Part shown: in pieces, positions 13,762-27,628 of the stretch | Numbering within the stretch: the stretch's first letter is position 1 | How the letters are laid out: every line of letters starts with the position of its first letter | Assembly: GCF_009914755.1 (NCBI RefSeq) | Contig: NC_060927.1 | Source of the DNA: the human T2T-CHM13v2.0 reference genome, Homo sapiens | DNA: 64,000 bases | Strand: one strand, 5' to 3' | Position numbers and translations under genes: made by a program | Notes under the pieces: generated by a model | What the model was told of the DNA's origin: nothing | Seen by the model: the letters and a program-made list of their open reading frames with translations, nothing else | The model's database searches: none

Positions 13762-15330
13762 AGTGATGGAGGCTGGTCTCTGTCTGAAAGCAGTGCTCTA
13801 CCAAGTCCTGGAGATGAAGGGAATTCACTCTGTTTTGCAGAAAAGATTCTGTGGATTAATACAGAAGCACCAGCAACACCAGAGGGGTGGAGACTCCTTT
13901 CTCTCCCGATTCTACAGTCTGGCTCTAAGCCCAGTAAAACAGCTCCCGAGCACTGCTTCAGCTGGGTCCAGTCTTGACAAAGGCAGGAAGCCAGCTAGGG
14001 TGGGGGCGATAGGGTCAGCGGGTATGTCCCACTGTTGGAGGTCACTGGTATTCTGTTTGTTTTTGTTTTGTTTCGTTTTGTTTTTTGAGACAGGGTCTCG
14101 TTCTGTCGCTTAGCTGGAGTGCGGTGGCGTGATCATGGCACTGCTATTCTTGAAGCACTCCACCCACCTGGGCTACTTTTTCTTTAGTGCAGAGGTGCAC
14201 TGTCTTCTTTTAGGTGGGATCGCGTAAGCATGAGCTGGTAGAGCACGGAGAGGCAGGCAGCCAGGTTACGAAGACTAAGCCAATTATTCACTGAAGTCAT
14301 CCTCCTCCCCCCCACCATTCGATTTGATCTACCTCTAAGCCAGGCTGTGAAGAAAAGGAAGGCACTTTAGAAGACCTCAGCAGTGTGGTTCTGTGTCTAC
14401 TTCCATGACCTGTACCTGAGTATCTTAGCCAGCCAGCCTTAGGAACACCACCAAGGTTACTTTGAAATCTATGTATATAGCTAGTTACAGACGGGAGCTA
14501 TGTGTTTCTTCATTATTTTGCAGCTCCTCGTTGTTCCTGTGATTCCTGAACACCTTTTTGGAAATATGGGTCTCTGTGAGTTTTGAGCACACTACTATCA
14601 CTTTGGATAGTCACTCCATTTATATTTTTATAAACTTCCATTAGAGAATCATTAAGGCTGTTTAATATCTGCTCTGGATATTACGCATTGGCTTTTTGTT
14701 GCCTAGTGCTACAAACCTTCCTGTGGGACTCAGTGTCTTCAGGCAATGATTGTGTATCCTGTTACAGATGGTTGTGATACAAGAAGAACCACTCTTCTTT
14801 GAAAATAAACTCTTGGAAGCTTTTGCCAGCTATTTGGGGGGTAGGAGGAATATTAGCAACTGTATTGGTTGTCTACAGATACAGAATTGCCTGTTGTGAG
14901 GGAACTGATTGTTTTGTTGGGAAAAGAAATTTACCAGGAGAAAGAGTTTTGTGCTGTATTGTGAGAGATCTCGCCTCTCAGTTAAATGAGCCCTGGGTTA
15001 AAGTCAGTGTGAAGGGCAGCTGTGTGCGGGCACGAGCCAGAGTGTCTGCCTCAGACTAGATTTGACTTGAGTTCTTTATGACCCAGGACTCTGGATAATG
15101 TGAATTTGCTTTCCTATTTAACTAGAAGATACATGTACTATAGATCATTGTCTCATTTTAGTGATTGTTCCTTAAACTAGTGAAACTAGTGGATTTCTCT
15201 TCTTCCTCTTTATTTTTTGCATGTTAAATGTGAACCTTAGTGTATTTGTATTTTGTAGAAAATAATGAAAAATTTTAATGGAGAATGATTTAAAAACATT
15301 TACAATACATTATTTTTGCATCTGTGTTGT
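13762..15330 (+). other. C3orf52: C3orf52 3'UTR (3' end approximate)
   Basis: Follows the stop. AATAAA at 14804-14809. Variant AATACA at 15304-15309, followed by U/GU-rich sequence. Confidence 0.6.
14055..14143 (-). mobile_element. Antisense Alu (J/FRAM-like) fragment in the C3orf52 last exon
   Basis: (T-rich)gagacagggtctcgttctgtcgcttagctggagtgcggtggcgtgatcatggc. Confidence 0.85.
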
Positions 15331-16215
15331 TGCATTCCCATTGGCTGAGCTTTGGGCTGGGTTTTTGTTTGTTTGTTTTTTGCAGTAAATGGTGTTGAGC
15401 ATAATTTTTTTCATTTCCCTTAGGGCAGCTTCCTCTTCTGGGTGAATAAGATCAAGCCAAGTTTGGCTGGGGCGGCCTGGGTTCTCCCCTCTGTTCCAGC
15501 AAGAGCAGGCAGAGGCCATCCCCTCCTCTTTCTCTGAGGCCCTCTCTGGCAGGACTTGGTATCTGAAAGGGCTTGGACTTGAAGGAACAGCCTGTTCATG
15601 TCTGGAGGCAGGATTTGGTTTTGTTCTTCCCTTCTTGTTCAGAAAGCACCAAGATGCAAGTACCTTGTCTTGGGTTTTGACCATTTGCAAGTCATAGAGA
15701 GGACTTTCCATAGATTTGACTTTTCTGCCCAAATGGTATGGGAAAAAACTAACCTTTGTGACTAACATATTTGGTGGTGTTTGAAAAAAAACGGCCCTTA
15801 CAAATGCACTGTTCTGCTATAGGAGATAAATCTACTGGTCATCACACAACATCATGATGAGCATAATGCCTGGTACATAGTGAGGTTTTAATAATTGAAG
15901 GATTTGAGAAGAAAACTGCTCTTCTCTGGATGTCACTTAGATATGGATAGAATGGCAACAGCCATATCAGCAGAACCTGCTCCTGTTCCTCTGCCAACAA
16001 AAATTCCAGCCATGTGTCTGATTCTTTTTTGCCTTTCAATTTAATTTAGTTCTACAGATTTGAAAAAATGATGTGTTTTATGGAAGGCTATGGGGATACT
16101 AGTGGAGAAGACAACAATAAGAAAAGAAGCTGTTAGTCTTATTAAGGAGTCAGGATCAGTACAGATGAAACAGGAAACAGCAGAAAAAAATACCCAGGGG
16201 TCAAAAACAAAGGCA

Positions 16216-16647
<432 letters not shown>

Positions 16648-17971
16648 TTACACATGTTCGTGTCTTCTTAGGATGAGGTACATATTCTCTCTTTTGTCTT
16701 TTACATGTGAATTCTGGACATGAATCCTGTCCTATTCAGAGTCTGATCAATGCTAAGAAAAAATGGGAGAAATCTCTCAATGTCCTCCTTCTCCTCTCCC
16801 ATCACTCTTTCATTGCTTTAAAATAAGTTAATTTACACTGCATTGTGAATTAACAATTGCTGCATTGTTGGCAGCTTTATCCACAGACATCCTTGAATCT
16901 TTCCTTTGTGACTAGAGATTACAGACTCAGCTTCAAAAGGCACCTCCCTCATCTCACAGTTGGGAAATCAAATTCTGGAGAGCTGGGAGGACCAGCCCAG
17001 AGTTCCACAGCTTGTTGAGGGCAAAGCCTAGCCCACAGGGCAACCACATACTATGAATGGCCACCAGCTCAGGTAGGATCCCCAGAGGCAGGCTCAGTTC
17101 AGGCTTAGCTGACATCTGGGAATCCCTAAGGAGCACAAGTGATCAGGGGTCAGGGGTGAATGGAGAGGGAGGGCCCTCAGACTGCAGGAGGCTTTCTATG
17201 ATGATGATGACCTCTCAAGGCTTCACCAAGTGCCTTGCAAAAGAGAATTCTGTAGGAAAGTAGACGGAATTTACACTGGTCCACTTCACAGTTGGCAGAG
17301 CCAAGGTACACTCAGATCAAGTGGGTTTCTGAATTGAGGCTATAGGCTTGGAAAAGAACAGAGATAAGTGGAAACAGAATCTACTTTTCCCTGGAGCCCT
17401 TGTGGAATCCTGGAGACTTCTATTTCCTGTTCTGTCCATGCCCTTCCCCATCCCTGAGACTATCCGAAGCATCTATCACTCAAGTTTGTCCTAAAAAACG
17501 TTAGCATTTCAACTTGTTGTCAACAGATTTTCCCGCCCTATCTTTGCCCTCTTCCTATTTTTCTCTTCTGTTTTAAATAAGAATTTATTCACAGAATAAG
17601 GGATTATTTATAGATGCTAGTATGTACGTGAAACGGAAACCACAAAGTCTGCAGTTGTGGCATAAATTGTGCCTCTGAATTTTGGCTATGTAGTTTTAAG
17701 ACCAGCATGAGGGAGGAGGAGTTTTCTGGTTATATTTGTGGCTCGAGAGAGTAATTTAAATGCTCAGGCTCAGGTTCTTTATCAGGGACAGGGACTCTTT
17801 CACTGAGGGGTTGCATCCCTAACCCCCGCACACATCGTATACAAATGTGTGTGTATGTGAATGTGCATTTTCTGCAAAGGGAGTGCACAGCTTTCATTAG
17901 AAATCATGAAATGTAGGGGAAACAGGATCAGTGTTACATACAGACATAGTGGGTATTTTGGGACATTAAAA

Positions 17972-17977
17972 TTTATT
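17972..17977 (-). terminator. GCSAM poly(A) signal AATAAA
   Basis: tttatt on the + strand. Position fits a ~3.3-kb mRNA. Confidence 0.6.
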
Positions 17978-19325
17978 TACTGGAAATTTGAGACATCCTA
18001 CATATTAAGTATATTACACTCATATCAGAATTTTTTAACTCTTTTTTTGTTCTTAATATTATTTTTGACTGACAAATCATAATTGTGTATATCATATTGG
18101 GTATCTTGAAGCACTCCCAAATGGCTCCCCTTGCTCAAAAGTAATTCCCTTTCATAATCCCTCTTATAATTCCCTCTTATAAATCCCTGTTATAATTACA
18201 TTATAAGAACAACTTTCTTTGGTTAAACATTTATATTTAATGTGTCCCTGATAAAAGGCATATACTGTTTGGGACAGATAATGCTTTCACAGGATAAGGT
18301 TCAAACAAATATAACTTACTATGTCATACTAAGAATATTTCAACCAGTCTACTTCCACAATGGTCCAGTGGCCATGTGAAAAATTCTAGCATAAACTCAT
18401 TGATTTGGTGTTTCTACCTTGCTGGAGGACTGCTGGGTGACCCTGAATAGCCAGCTGTATCAGCATGGTTTTTTTCCGTACATCATAAAAGATTTTTGTT
18501 TCTCTATGCTCTTTGATATCATTTATTCGGCATCTGTAATAGATGATTGCCTGCATTAGATGTAATCCTCCTGTTGATGGTGAAGAAGCTGAGCCTCCAA
18601 GTAGCATGTTCAAAGTCACAGATGGAGGAAGAGAGAGAACCAGGATTTGAGTGACTGATGATCTGTCGCTGGGTCTACACTCTTTCCTCTAAGCCATGTT
18701 ACATCTTGTACAATATCCACTGCTAACTGAATATTTCCTTTTGAGGATCTGATCCTGGCCAAGGATCAGCTAGAGTTCCAAGTGAAAGAATTTTGCTAAA
18801 AGTAGGAAGTTAGCAGAGGAAGAGATACCAAGATGCAGCTGGCTCTTTAGCTGAAGACCATCACCTGGCTGAAGGCTCCACAAACCTGTGACACATGCAA
18901 GCTCAAGCCATTGCATTTCTCCTCTTTTGGGAGTCAGCACATTTTACATAGGAAAGTTATTTAGCTTTGGTTAACTTTGAGAAGAAAACAGTAACTAAAC
19001 ATAATGTACCAGGTTCCCTGTCGCTTAGCTGGTCCAAGGGCCTGTCTAGTAAACATAATGTACCTACTGCTTTCTTAAACAAACCTCTTTTAAAACAAAC
19101 TATTTTAGCATCCCTAAAATTAGGACAGTAGCCGTGAGTTAAATAAAACAGCAAGTGGAAGACACAGGTGTGAATACAGAAATAGTAGAATTTGCTAAAT
19201 TGCCTTGGTCTCACTTATCCATTTGTGATTTAATATTTTTATGCCATTTTATTGGTGCTTGCTCTTATGCATCAGTAACCAAACACATTTCTGTTAAGTT
19301 TCTCTCAAACTATAATCATTTAGGG

Positions 19326-19544
19326 CAGGTGTCTGCAAACTTTTTTTCCAAAAAGTGCCAAAGTATATTTATTTTGGCTCTTTAGGGCCTATGGTCCATG
19401 TCACAATTACTCAACTCTCCCATGGTTGAACAATCATAGATAGTAGGTAAACAAATGAGTGTGGCTGTGTTCCAACAAATCTTTATCTATAAAAACAGGG
19501 AGTGGGCTAGATTTGGCCTGGGGGTTATAGTTTGCTGATCCCTG
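19326..19544. mobile_element. MER58A hAT MITE in the GCSAM 3'UTR
   Basis: TIRs caggtgtctgcaaact / agtttgctgatccctg. Degenerate 8-bp TSD atttaggg/gtttagag. Confidence 0.85.
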
Positions 19545-20569
19545 GTTTAGAGGATAGATATAATTTGAGGGACACTAAGGAAAAGATAAGAGAAAGTAAA
19601 TAATCAGGACACATAGAGGAGTGCTTATCAGAGAAGGTATATATGTGTTAATTTCCTATGTGGACATTTTATTCATATTTTATACATGACATTATTAAAT
19701 ATATACATTTAGTATACATTTAATATATTGCAGAGGGCTTTCTATTTAGCATACTGGGGGAGCACTAAATTGGAAGTCAGTAGGAAATCAGGCTCCAAAT
19801 TAAGTTTTGCCACTAACTTTAATGTATCATTAGGCAAATTATCCTCTCTGAGCCAAAGAAGGGTAGTGGGATTACGGGATCTCCAAGGATCGTTCTTCTT
19901 AACATTGTCTGATGGCATAATTGTCTTATTAAGATTTCTAGGGAGAAATACAAAGTTAAAAATAAAATCATATAGGTTAAAATTATGTAAACATCTGGCC
20001 TAGAGCCTCTTGATTCAACTCACATAACTAACCAGACCATGGGGGCCAACAGGTCAAAGGACACTATGTAAAAGACATGACTTAGACACATGGAGTGAGA
20101 GGAGCAACACAGGCTCCCATGGGTGGGGACTGAGCTGGAAGGTCACAGTAATGAGTGAACTCCCCCTTGGGCACACTTAGTATGATGAGTAAAGCTTCCT
20201 TGTGACTTTAGAGAATGATCATGGGAACACTTTATAAGAAGATCCCAGACAGAAGAGCAGAGCCCCTTGTGGTGTGCATAGCTTTAGGGGAATCAGGGAG
20301 CCCCTCCTACCACTATACTCTCCAAACCATGTAGAACCAAAGATGGTTACCTCTTTCTCAAATGGTGTTGTTCAGGATAAATGGTTGATCTTTAGATTTT
20401 GGCTTTTGCGTGCTAAGAGGGCTTGTGGTATACAAACCATGCTCTGCAGGGAAAGGGTTGTTGTGGGAGATAAGCTGGAGGGACTTTGTGTCCCATCCCT
20501 GCTTCAGGCAGATCCCCCATCCCACCTTTTATTTGTTGGTGCTAAACAAATGCTAGTCCAGCCACTTCA

Positions 20570-20887
20570 CTATAAATGGGAAAACTGAGTCTCAGAAGGG
20601 GCCATAAGTGGACGTGGCTGTTGCAGAAAGTGAGAGGAGATTCTGTGAGGCATGAGAAGTTCATATTCATCTTCTGGGGATCGGGCATGCCTGGGGTCTG
20701 TAGAAGGCATATGTAGAAGTGAATACTCAGTCTCAGTTCCTCCCAAGGACTCTCTGGGTCTCTCAGCTTTGCAGGGAACATTCTCATAGTACTCTTCAGC
20801 AGAGTTCCCTGATGGCCTTGTACAGAGAACCCGATGATTGATGAGGGTATAGCACAGCTCCTCTGAGTAGGTCTGGTCAACATTGTC
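20570..20887 (-). CDS. GCSAM: GCSAM exon 6 coding part: DNVDQTYSEELCYTL...EEYYENV...EYSLL...EYELL...FSHL*
   Basis: Acceptor aagcag|GAC and TAG at 20572-20570. The six exons sum to 537 nt = 178 aa. Tyrosine motifs and C-terminal FSHL are as in HGAL. Confidence 0.96.
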   Translation of the reverse strand, partial: DNVDQTYSEELCYTLINHRVLCTRPSGNSAEEYYENVPCKAERPRESLGGTETEYSLLHMPSTDPRHARSPEDEYELLMPHRISSHFLQQPRPLMAPSETQFSHL

Positions 20888-21135
20888 CTGCTTGTCAAAG
20901 AAGAACCATCATCAAGATTTGGTCTCTTGCCATGACCTTTACATTTCAGTCTCAACACAGGCTTGACCCTTGGTCAAGTCTGTCTTCTATGACCACCTCC
21001 TCCCCATCTCTTGGCCATTTTTTTCTAAATGGCTGCTTCTACCCCAACCACTAGGCTAGCTGCAAGAGTGCTTAAGGTCTAGAGCCTGCTCAGGTGCATC
21101 CTCTGCCCCTTGTTCCAGAGTGACCTCTGACCACC

Positions 21136-21797
<662 letters not shown>

Positions 21798-21879
21798 CTA
21801 GAGATATTTATGTTATTAAATAGGGAAGCGACTCAAGGGAAGGTTTCACTTATGATGGGATATCAGGAGATAAAAAGCA

Positions 21880-22130
21880 AAGCAGCAAAGTACAGGGGGA
21901 AAAGCATGGATTGTGAAGTGAGACTTGGTTTTGAATCCTGGTTCCGCCCCCTTTTAGCTATTTGGCTTTGGGGAATTGTCACTTAATCTCTCAGTTTTCT
22001 CATCTATAAAATCGGGGGATGGGATGGATTATAGTAGCAATATTCAAGGGTTGTCGTTTTAGCTACATGAGTTGATGTGTGTAAAGCACTCAGCATGTTG
22101 TCTGTCATAAATGAAGTGGTCAGTAAATTT
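21880..22130 (+). mobile_element. MIR. Other MIR pieces at ~6860-6970, 28210-28400, 34830-35070, 36540-36720, 37620-37790 and 50670-50930
   Basis: ggttttgaatcctggttcc...cttaatctctcagttttctcatctataaaat core. Confidence 0.7.
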
Positions 22131-22340
22131 AAGTTCCTTTCAATAAATTATACAGCAGAAGTGGCTGCTGCTTCTGCCACCCGGCCCTGCACCTGCCACC
22201 CGAGTTCACAAGCACTGACATCTAAAGTCTTTCTCCATGTAAGGGTCAGAAGGGATCTCAGAGGCCAACTTCTCCTGCCATTTAGGGTGTCTGTACTTCT
22301 ATCATCATCTCAAAAAATAGCTTAGAGATGTTCTTATTAC

Positions 22341-22369
22341 CTGGATGGGAGTAGATGACATTCTTTCAT
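22341..22369 (-). CDS. GCSAM: GCSAM exon 5: (N)ERMSSTPIQ
   Basis: Acceptor ttctccag|AT, donor CAG|GTAATA, 29 nt. Confidence 0.93.
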
Positions 22370-24101
22370 CTGGAGAAAGAAAATACACTCAATGAATTTC
22401 AGGTTATGGGGAGATTTGAAGGGAAGAGCAGGGGAGGCTAGAATATAAATAACTAAAAAGCCAAGAAACAGCTGGGGTAGCTCTTCTCAGGCTATTCTGA
22501 TCTACAGCACATCCCTGGGGAGTGACAGGACATCTAAACAAGTCACAGCTAGAGCTGTGCTCAGCCTGAGAGGTGAGAGGGGGGAGACACATTTGGTTAG
22601 TCTTTGGAAAGGAAATCACGATTTCTTCCTCCAGCTCTCTTTCCCTCCTTACCTAGCCCCGTCTCCTTCCTTACACAAAATTGATTTGTGTTCCTTACAC
22701 AAATTCAGTGCCTCTGCACCAGGCACTGGGGAGACAAAGGAGAATCAGAAACATTCTCTGTCCTCAAAAGGCTCACAAGCTAGCACAGGAGACAGACAAG
22801 GGGCTCTGAGAGATCCACACTGTGGAGCAGAGGGCCGTCGTTTCTACTCTAGGTGACGGGATGGTGGTGGTGTGATAATTGGTGTTCAAGGAGTTTTGCA
22901 GAGCAGGAAACTCTTAAGCTAAATATTCCCATTCCTATACCTGCTGGCAGATAACAAATGAGCAGGGCGATTTTTCAAAGCCTAGTTAAAACCAAATGGC
23001 TCTGGCCATTCAGCAAAGAGGCAAACTGACACCCTTGCTACCCTCTTGCAAACACACCAATTCCATAAACAAACATGTGCCCTCACATGAAAGTCTACAG
23101 AGGAAGCTACCATATGGTATATGGATTGACATTCTCTCGGTCCTCACATCCTGGATTTCCACATCTCCATAAGCTCCTATAGGCATCTAAAACTTCCCTG
23201 ATTATCATTATAAGAAAAGCATCTTCAGCATAGAGTTTTAGCATCTGGTCTTATTTCTATTACGTTTTGCTCTGATGGAAATTGAGGTTCCCTGGGACCC
23301 ACGACTCCTGGAGTGAAGTGGCTAGGGTGGGAGGCTGTATTATTCATTTACACATCTTGCAGGGCTAGATTTTAAGATTCTATGTAAATGAATTAGGTTC
23401 TCCTCTTTAAGGAAGGAAAAGTCAAAACTCTTCCATTTTTCTTCTTCAGAAACACAATGGCTTGTCCTCAGGCCTACACTTTCTTATTTTTATTTTTAGG
23501 TGTGATACAATTCATCACACTCTCCTTCTAGAATTCTTTCTCCTTAACTTCAGTGCTATTCTATCACCAGAGACTACTGCACCAGCCTCGTAAGTGTTCT
23601 TCTGGTATCTGCTCTTCCGGCTCCTTGCTGCAATTTGTTTTCTGCACAGGAACCTGGGTGATATCTTTAATACAAATCTAATCATACTTGCCCCCGCCTC
23701 CCCACTGTGTAAAGCCAGTATCTCCTGCAGCTGTCAGGACAAAGATGAAAATCTTTAACTTGGCCAGGAGGCCCCACCCCTCCCCTATCCCAGGCTGGCT
23801 TTCTTGCAGTTTCTTGTAAGTGCCTTTCTCCTCCACCTTTTGTATCCTTGCCCCCAGTTACTGCCTTCAGCCTCCAGGCCTCAGGCACTAACTGAGGAAT
23901 TTGGAGATTAATGAGCCAATTCCTGCTTCAATGAGCTCACCATCTACTGAGGACAAAGGACATGCAATTGGATACAGTAAAGCAAAATGTGTAGATATTG
24001 TAATTGAAATATGCCTAAGGGGCTTTGGGAACATAGAGAAGAAGTAGTTTGGAAATGTAAGTCTTATCAAAAGTGAAAATACTAGGAAATCAATGACTTA
24101 C

Positions 24102-24148
24102 TTTCGTTTTGGGAATCTTGCCTCTTTTCAAAAATGAGTATTTTTTTC
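24102..24148 (-). CDS. GCSAM: GCSAM exon 4: KKILIFEKRQDSQNE
   Basis: Acceptor ttttacag|G, donor AAA|GTAAGT, 47 nt. Confidence 0.95.
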
Positions 24149-24656
24149 CTGTAAAAGAAAAGCAAAGCAAATTGTTTTAATATTCAGAAACTCTCAAAGG
24201 AAATGACACAAGCCTACAAAACTTACTTTTAACTCTTTGTTAAAGTTATATACCTTTTATAATACCTCCTTCAGCATAGATGAGTTAAGTAAAAAAGAAA
24301 AAAGTAAAAGATGAGGCCAAATAGAAATATATTCCTTTGTGCCTCTTTCTCTCTCTCCTCCTCTCTTTCTTTTCTAAATCTGATAGGGAATTGATTTATA
24401 GATGGGGAAATATGGTGATAGAGGTTACTTTTTTGGAGACTTTTTTTCTGACAAAGTATCAATTTCTTTTCTATCATGTGAGTGAAGGAGCCAGGATTAT
24501 TTTCAATCTCAATTCTAATCTATGATCTCCAAAACAAACAAACAAATAAACACACTCTTCGCATAAGGGAACACTGTAAAAAGACTCCCTGAAAAAATGT
24601 GATATAAATATAATGGAAGCCCACTATCGTTTCAGTAGACAAGAACATCTGCTGTG

Positions 24657-24792
24657 AGGGTAACCCTATGTCCTGGTTTGCCTCAGTCTGGTGAAGGTCA
24701 TTATCAATCACTTAGCGAGCTTTAACTATTTTTAGCATCCCTTTCACTCTCAAAGGTATCTTAGTTCAGATGATAAATTATACTATCACCCC
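24657..24792. mobile_element. MER94-like DNA transposon remnant
   Basis: agggtaaccctatgtcctggtttgcc...ccctttcactctcaaa...gataaattata...tcaccc. Confidence 0.6.
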
Positions 24793-25131
24793 GACTATAA
24801 GTTCTATGTGCAAGGGATAGAAATGTGTGCTTCGGAACATGCAGACTCAGATTTGCAGTGTGAAAAAAACGTATGTTTTCTACGTTAGTAGCTAGTTTCA
24901 TCTTTGCTTCTGAGGCTTTCCTGTTTGAGGAGAGCATGCGACCCATGAGACTATTGTTCCTGTTTCTCATCAAATTGGAAGGATTGCTTCCCTGATTAAC
25001 TCTTAGGTGATTGTATCTGGGCTACTGACAGGCTTCCACTGTGGCCACAGACAGTCACAGGTAACTTACAGCAAATACCACATTGAAACCACACTTAGGG
25101 AAATAACTCCTAAAAACAACTGTCCACTCAC

Positions 25132-25176
25132 CATGGAAGGCAGAAACACCCTTCAGCGATATGGTGATCCCAGCAT
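25132..25176 (-). CDS. GCSAM: GCSAM exon 3: CWDHHIAEGCFCLP
   Basis: Acceptor ttttag|A, donor ATG|GTGAGT, 45 nt. Confidence 0.95.
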
Positions 25177-25589
25177 CTAAAATACCCAAGAGAGATGGCA
25201 AATCATAAGGTTGATTTCTGCAGCTTTGTTAAGGTGACTCCTTTCCTTTTGCCATTTCTGTGGAAAACTTTTTTTCTCCCCGCAAGCGTGTTTCATTCTA
25301 GATAACTTGGACACATCTCTCATGGTAGAATGCCTTTGTCTTCCTAGGATGAAGATGATACTATCAAATTCCTAATCAGGAAAAAAGCTTTCTGCTGTGT
25401 TCCCAGCAAAGGAAAAATGTTTCCTCACTCTCAATTCTGGTAATTTCCTTGGTTCCCTTGTAATGAAGAACACGTAAGTGTTATCCCCAGGAAATCAAGG
25501 TACAAGTGTATGGAAATTTTACAAATCATTTTTTTCAGGTATGGGTTAGGCAATATCAGTATTTTACTATATTCTGAATTTCTCCAATT

Positions 25590-25780
25590 TACAGTATATT
25601 GCAATTGTTTGCTCACTTGTCTATATTCTACACTAGAATGTGAGCTTCACAAAGCTGGGGACCATATTGATCTTGTTCATCGTGGTATGTATTTCCAGTC
25701 TATGACACAACATCTGGCACACAGTAAATGGGTTTTCAAAAAATATTTGATGAAGATATGAATACAGAATGAATAGCCAA
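25590..25780 (+). mobile_element. L2 3' end
   Basis: actagaatgtgagcttcac...ctggcacacagtaaatg...aaatatttg...gaatgaat. Confidence 0.7.
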
Positions 25781-27559
25781 GGACAGGACAACCCTGGTGC
25801 AGGAGGTCAGCAAATCTACCACCTTGACTCCAACGATATAGTTAAATAACAGGACTTCTCTCTCTTATAGCACAAAGGCTTAGAATCTCTCTGCAGTCCT
25901 GCATCTACATTAATGTATAAGTATCATTCTGTACATTTTTCTGAATTTGAGACATAGTCAACTACCTACATGGTTGAATGTGAAAGCCCTTTATAAAGTA
26001 GTATCAGTTACAGTATGTAAAAATGTTTGGAAAACACCATCCAAAAATATCTCCCCCCGTGAGCTTTCCCATGAAGTTTCATCAGGAGGAGCAGTGGAGG
26101 AGAGGCTGACTGCATCGTGACCTTGGCTGTGATCACCTGCTTGGCTGAGCATTCTGACAACCTCTAAGATCTATGCATCATCAAAGCCTTTGGGGCCCAG
26201 AGGCACAGCTGCAGCTCTTCCTCTTCTTTAGGTTACCTTCAATGTGCTTCAGACCGTTTGCTTACATTATCTGCTTTGTTGCTAAGGAAACATCGTAAGA
26301 AAACTACTGAATCACACCAAGTTAACAAACCAGATTCACTGAGGAGAAATGAATGAGATAAGAGGAGGGGGATGATTTTGAGAGATATTCTCTGAACTCC
26401 TGAGGCCACAGTTTTTAAATCTATAAAAGAGGATGTATATACTGCTTACACATGGAGTTATAAGAATAAGCTGAGGTTAAATATGGGCAAAAACGATCTG
26501 TAAGCTGGCTGTTTCTCCTACTTGACTTTTCTGCAGTTTATTCTTGCATTTCAACATGGTGGTTTTGGTTTGGGATGGGTTCAGATAGCCTCCAAGAAGC
26601 AAGCTAGACAAATCTCTATACCCTTAGGCTACGTGTCAGGAATTTGAGGTATCTGTCTCTTTCACAATGCCTTCTCTGGCTCTCTGGTCTACCCAACCTC
26701 TCCCTTGTTATAATGCCGTGGCCCTTCTGATTTATTTCATCATTTGAACTGTATGCCTTAAAATATGCCCAATGATACCCCTGAAAATATGTAATTCTCA
26801 ACTTGAACTGAAAAAATTCACCCTGTTGAAAGGAATCTCTGGGTCTCCAGCCCCTAACGCGGGCATTGGTGTTAGAAAATAACAACAGTGCTTGTTTTTT
26901 AATTGCTCCTCTTTCAAAATCTCCTCCTGAAACCATGTGAAAAGCACAGATAACTTTACAGGCCACAGAAAAACTGACCTTGTCAGCCCTTAGGATTCTT
27001 GGATCCTGGAACATTAGTTCCATATTTTAATTATTCCTTTCCTTAGAGAGAATTCTTTAGGGCTGGACATTTGAAAGGTCTGTTCAAAAAGAATTAATGA
27101 GGTGGTCTTTGTTTAACAACATCAGGGCAATCACAATGGTGTCTCCACAAACTTTCTAAAAATTGTCGTAACATGGGGCATGTGGTCACTTCAGAAATAG
27201 ACACCTATAGCTTAAAATAAAATGGCTAGGGTGGAGGTTGAGCACAACGGTACCTGAGATAGACAAACAAAATGACAACAGGAAATAAGACCTTTTATTT
27301 TATAACAGGGCATAACAGGGACTAGCAGGGTCTTAGTTCCTGTTGCTAGGAGTTACATTAGGCTTCTAGCAAAGTAGCATATCTCCTGTCCAAAGTTTTC
27401 AAGCATTTTATCTTTTGTCCTGTCTTCACATTTGTTACTATTGCAACTGCTACTGGTCTAAACAGGGCCCTCTCTCACTGGGATGTGAAGTCCAGGGCTT
27501 GACATACTTCGTTCTCCTTGGGCAAGGTCTGGGGGGTGTTTGGTTGATTTTGCTCTCAC

Positions 27560-27628
27560 CTGGATGTTCTCTGTTTGGGGCTTTGCATTCTCACATTCCA
27601 AGGCATCTCTTGAGTGTTCTGCTGCCGC
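27560..27628 (-). CDS. GCSAM: GCSAM exon 2: RQQNTQEMPWNVRMQSPKQRTS
   Basis: Acceptor tttcag|G, donor CAG|GTGAGA, 69 nt, in frame. Confidence 0.95.

Larger units (their letters stand above)
17955..20569 (-). other. GCSAM: GCSAM 3'UTR (~2.6 kb, end approximate)
   Basis: Lies between the stop and a minus-strand AATAAA at 17977-17972. Confidence 0.7.

Noticed and set aside
20542-20958. 138-aa minus-strand ORF as a separate gene
   Set aside because: It is an alternative frame over GCSAM exon 6 that starts in the intron. The frame ending at 20570 matches HGAL.
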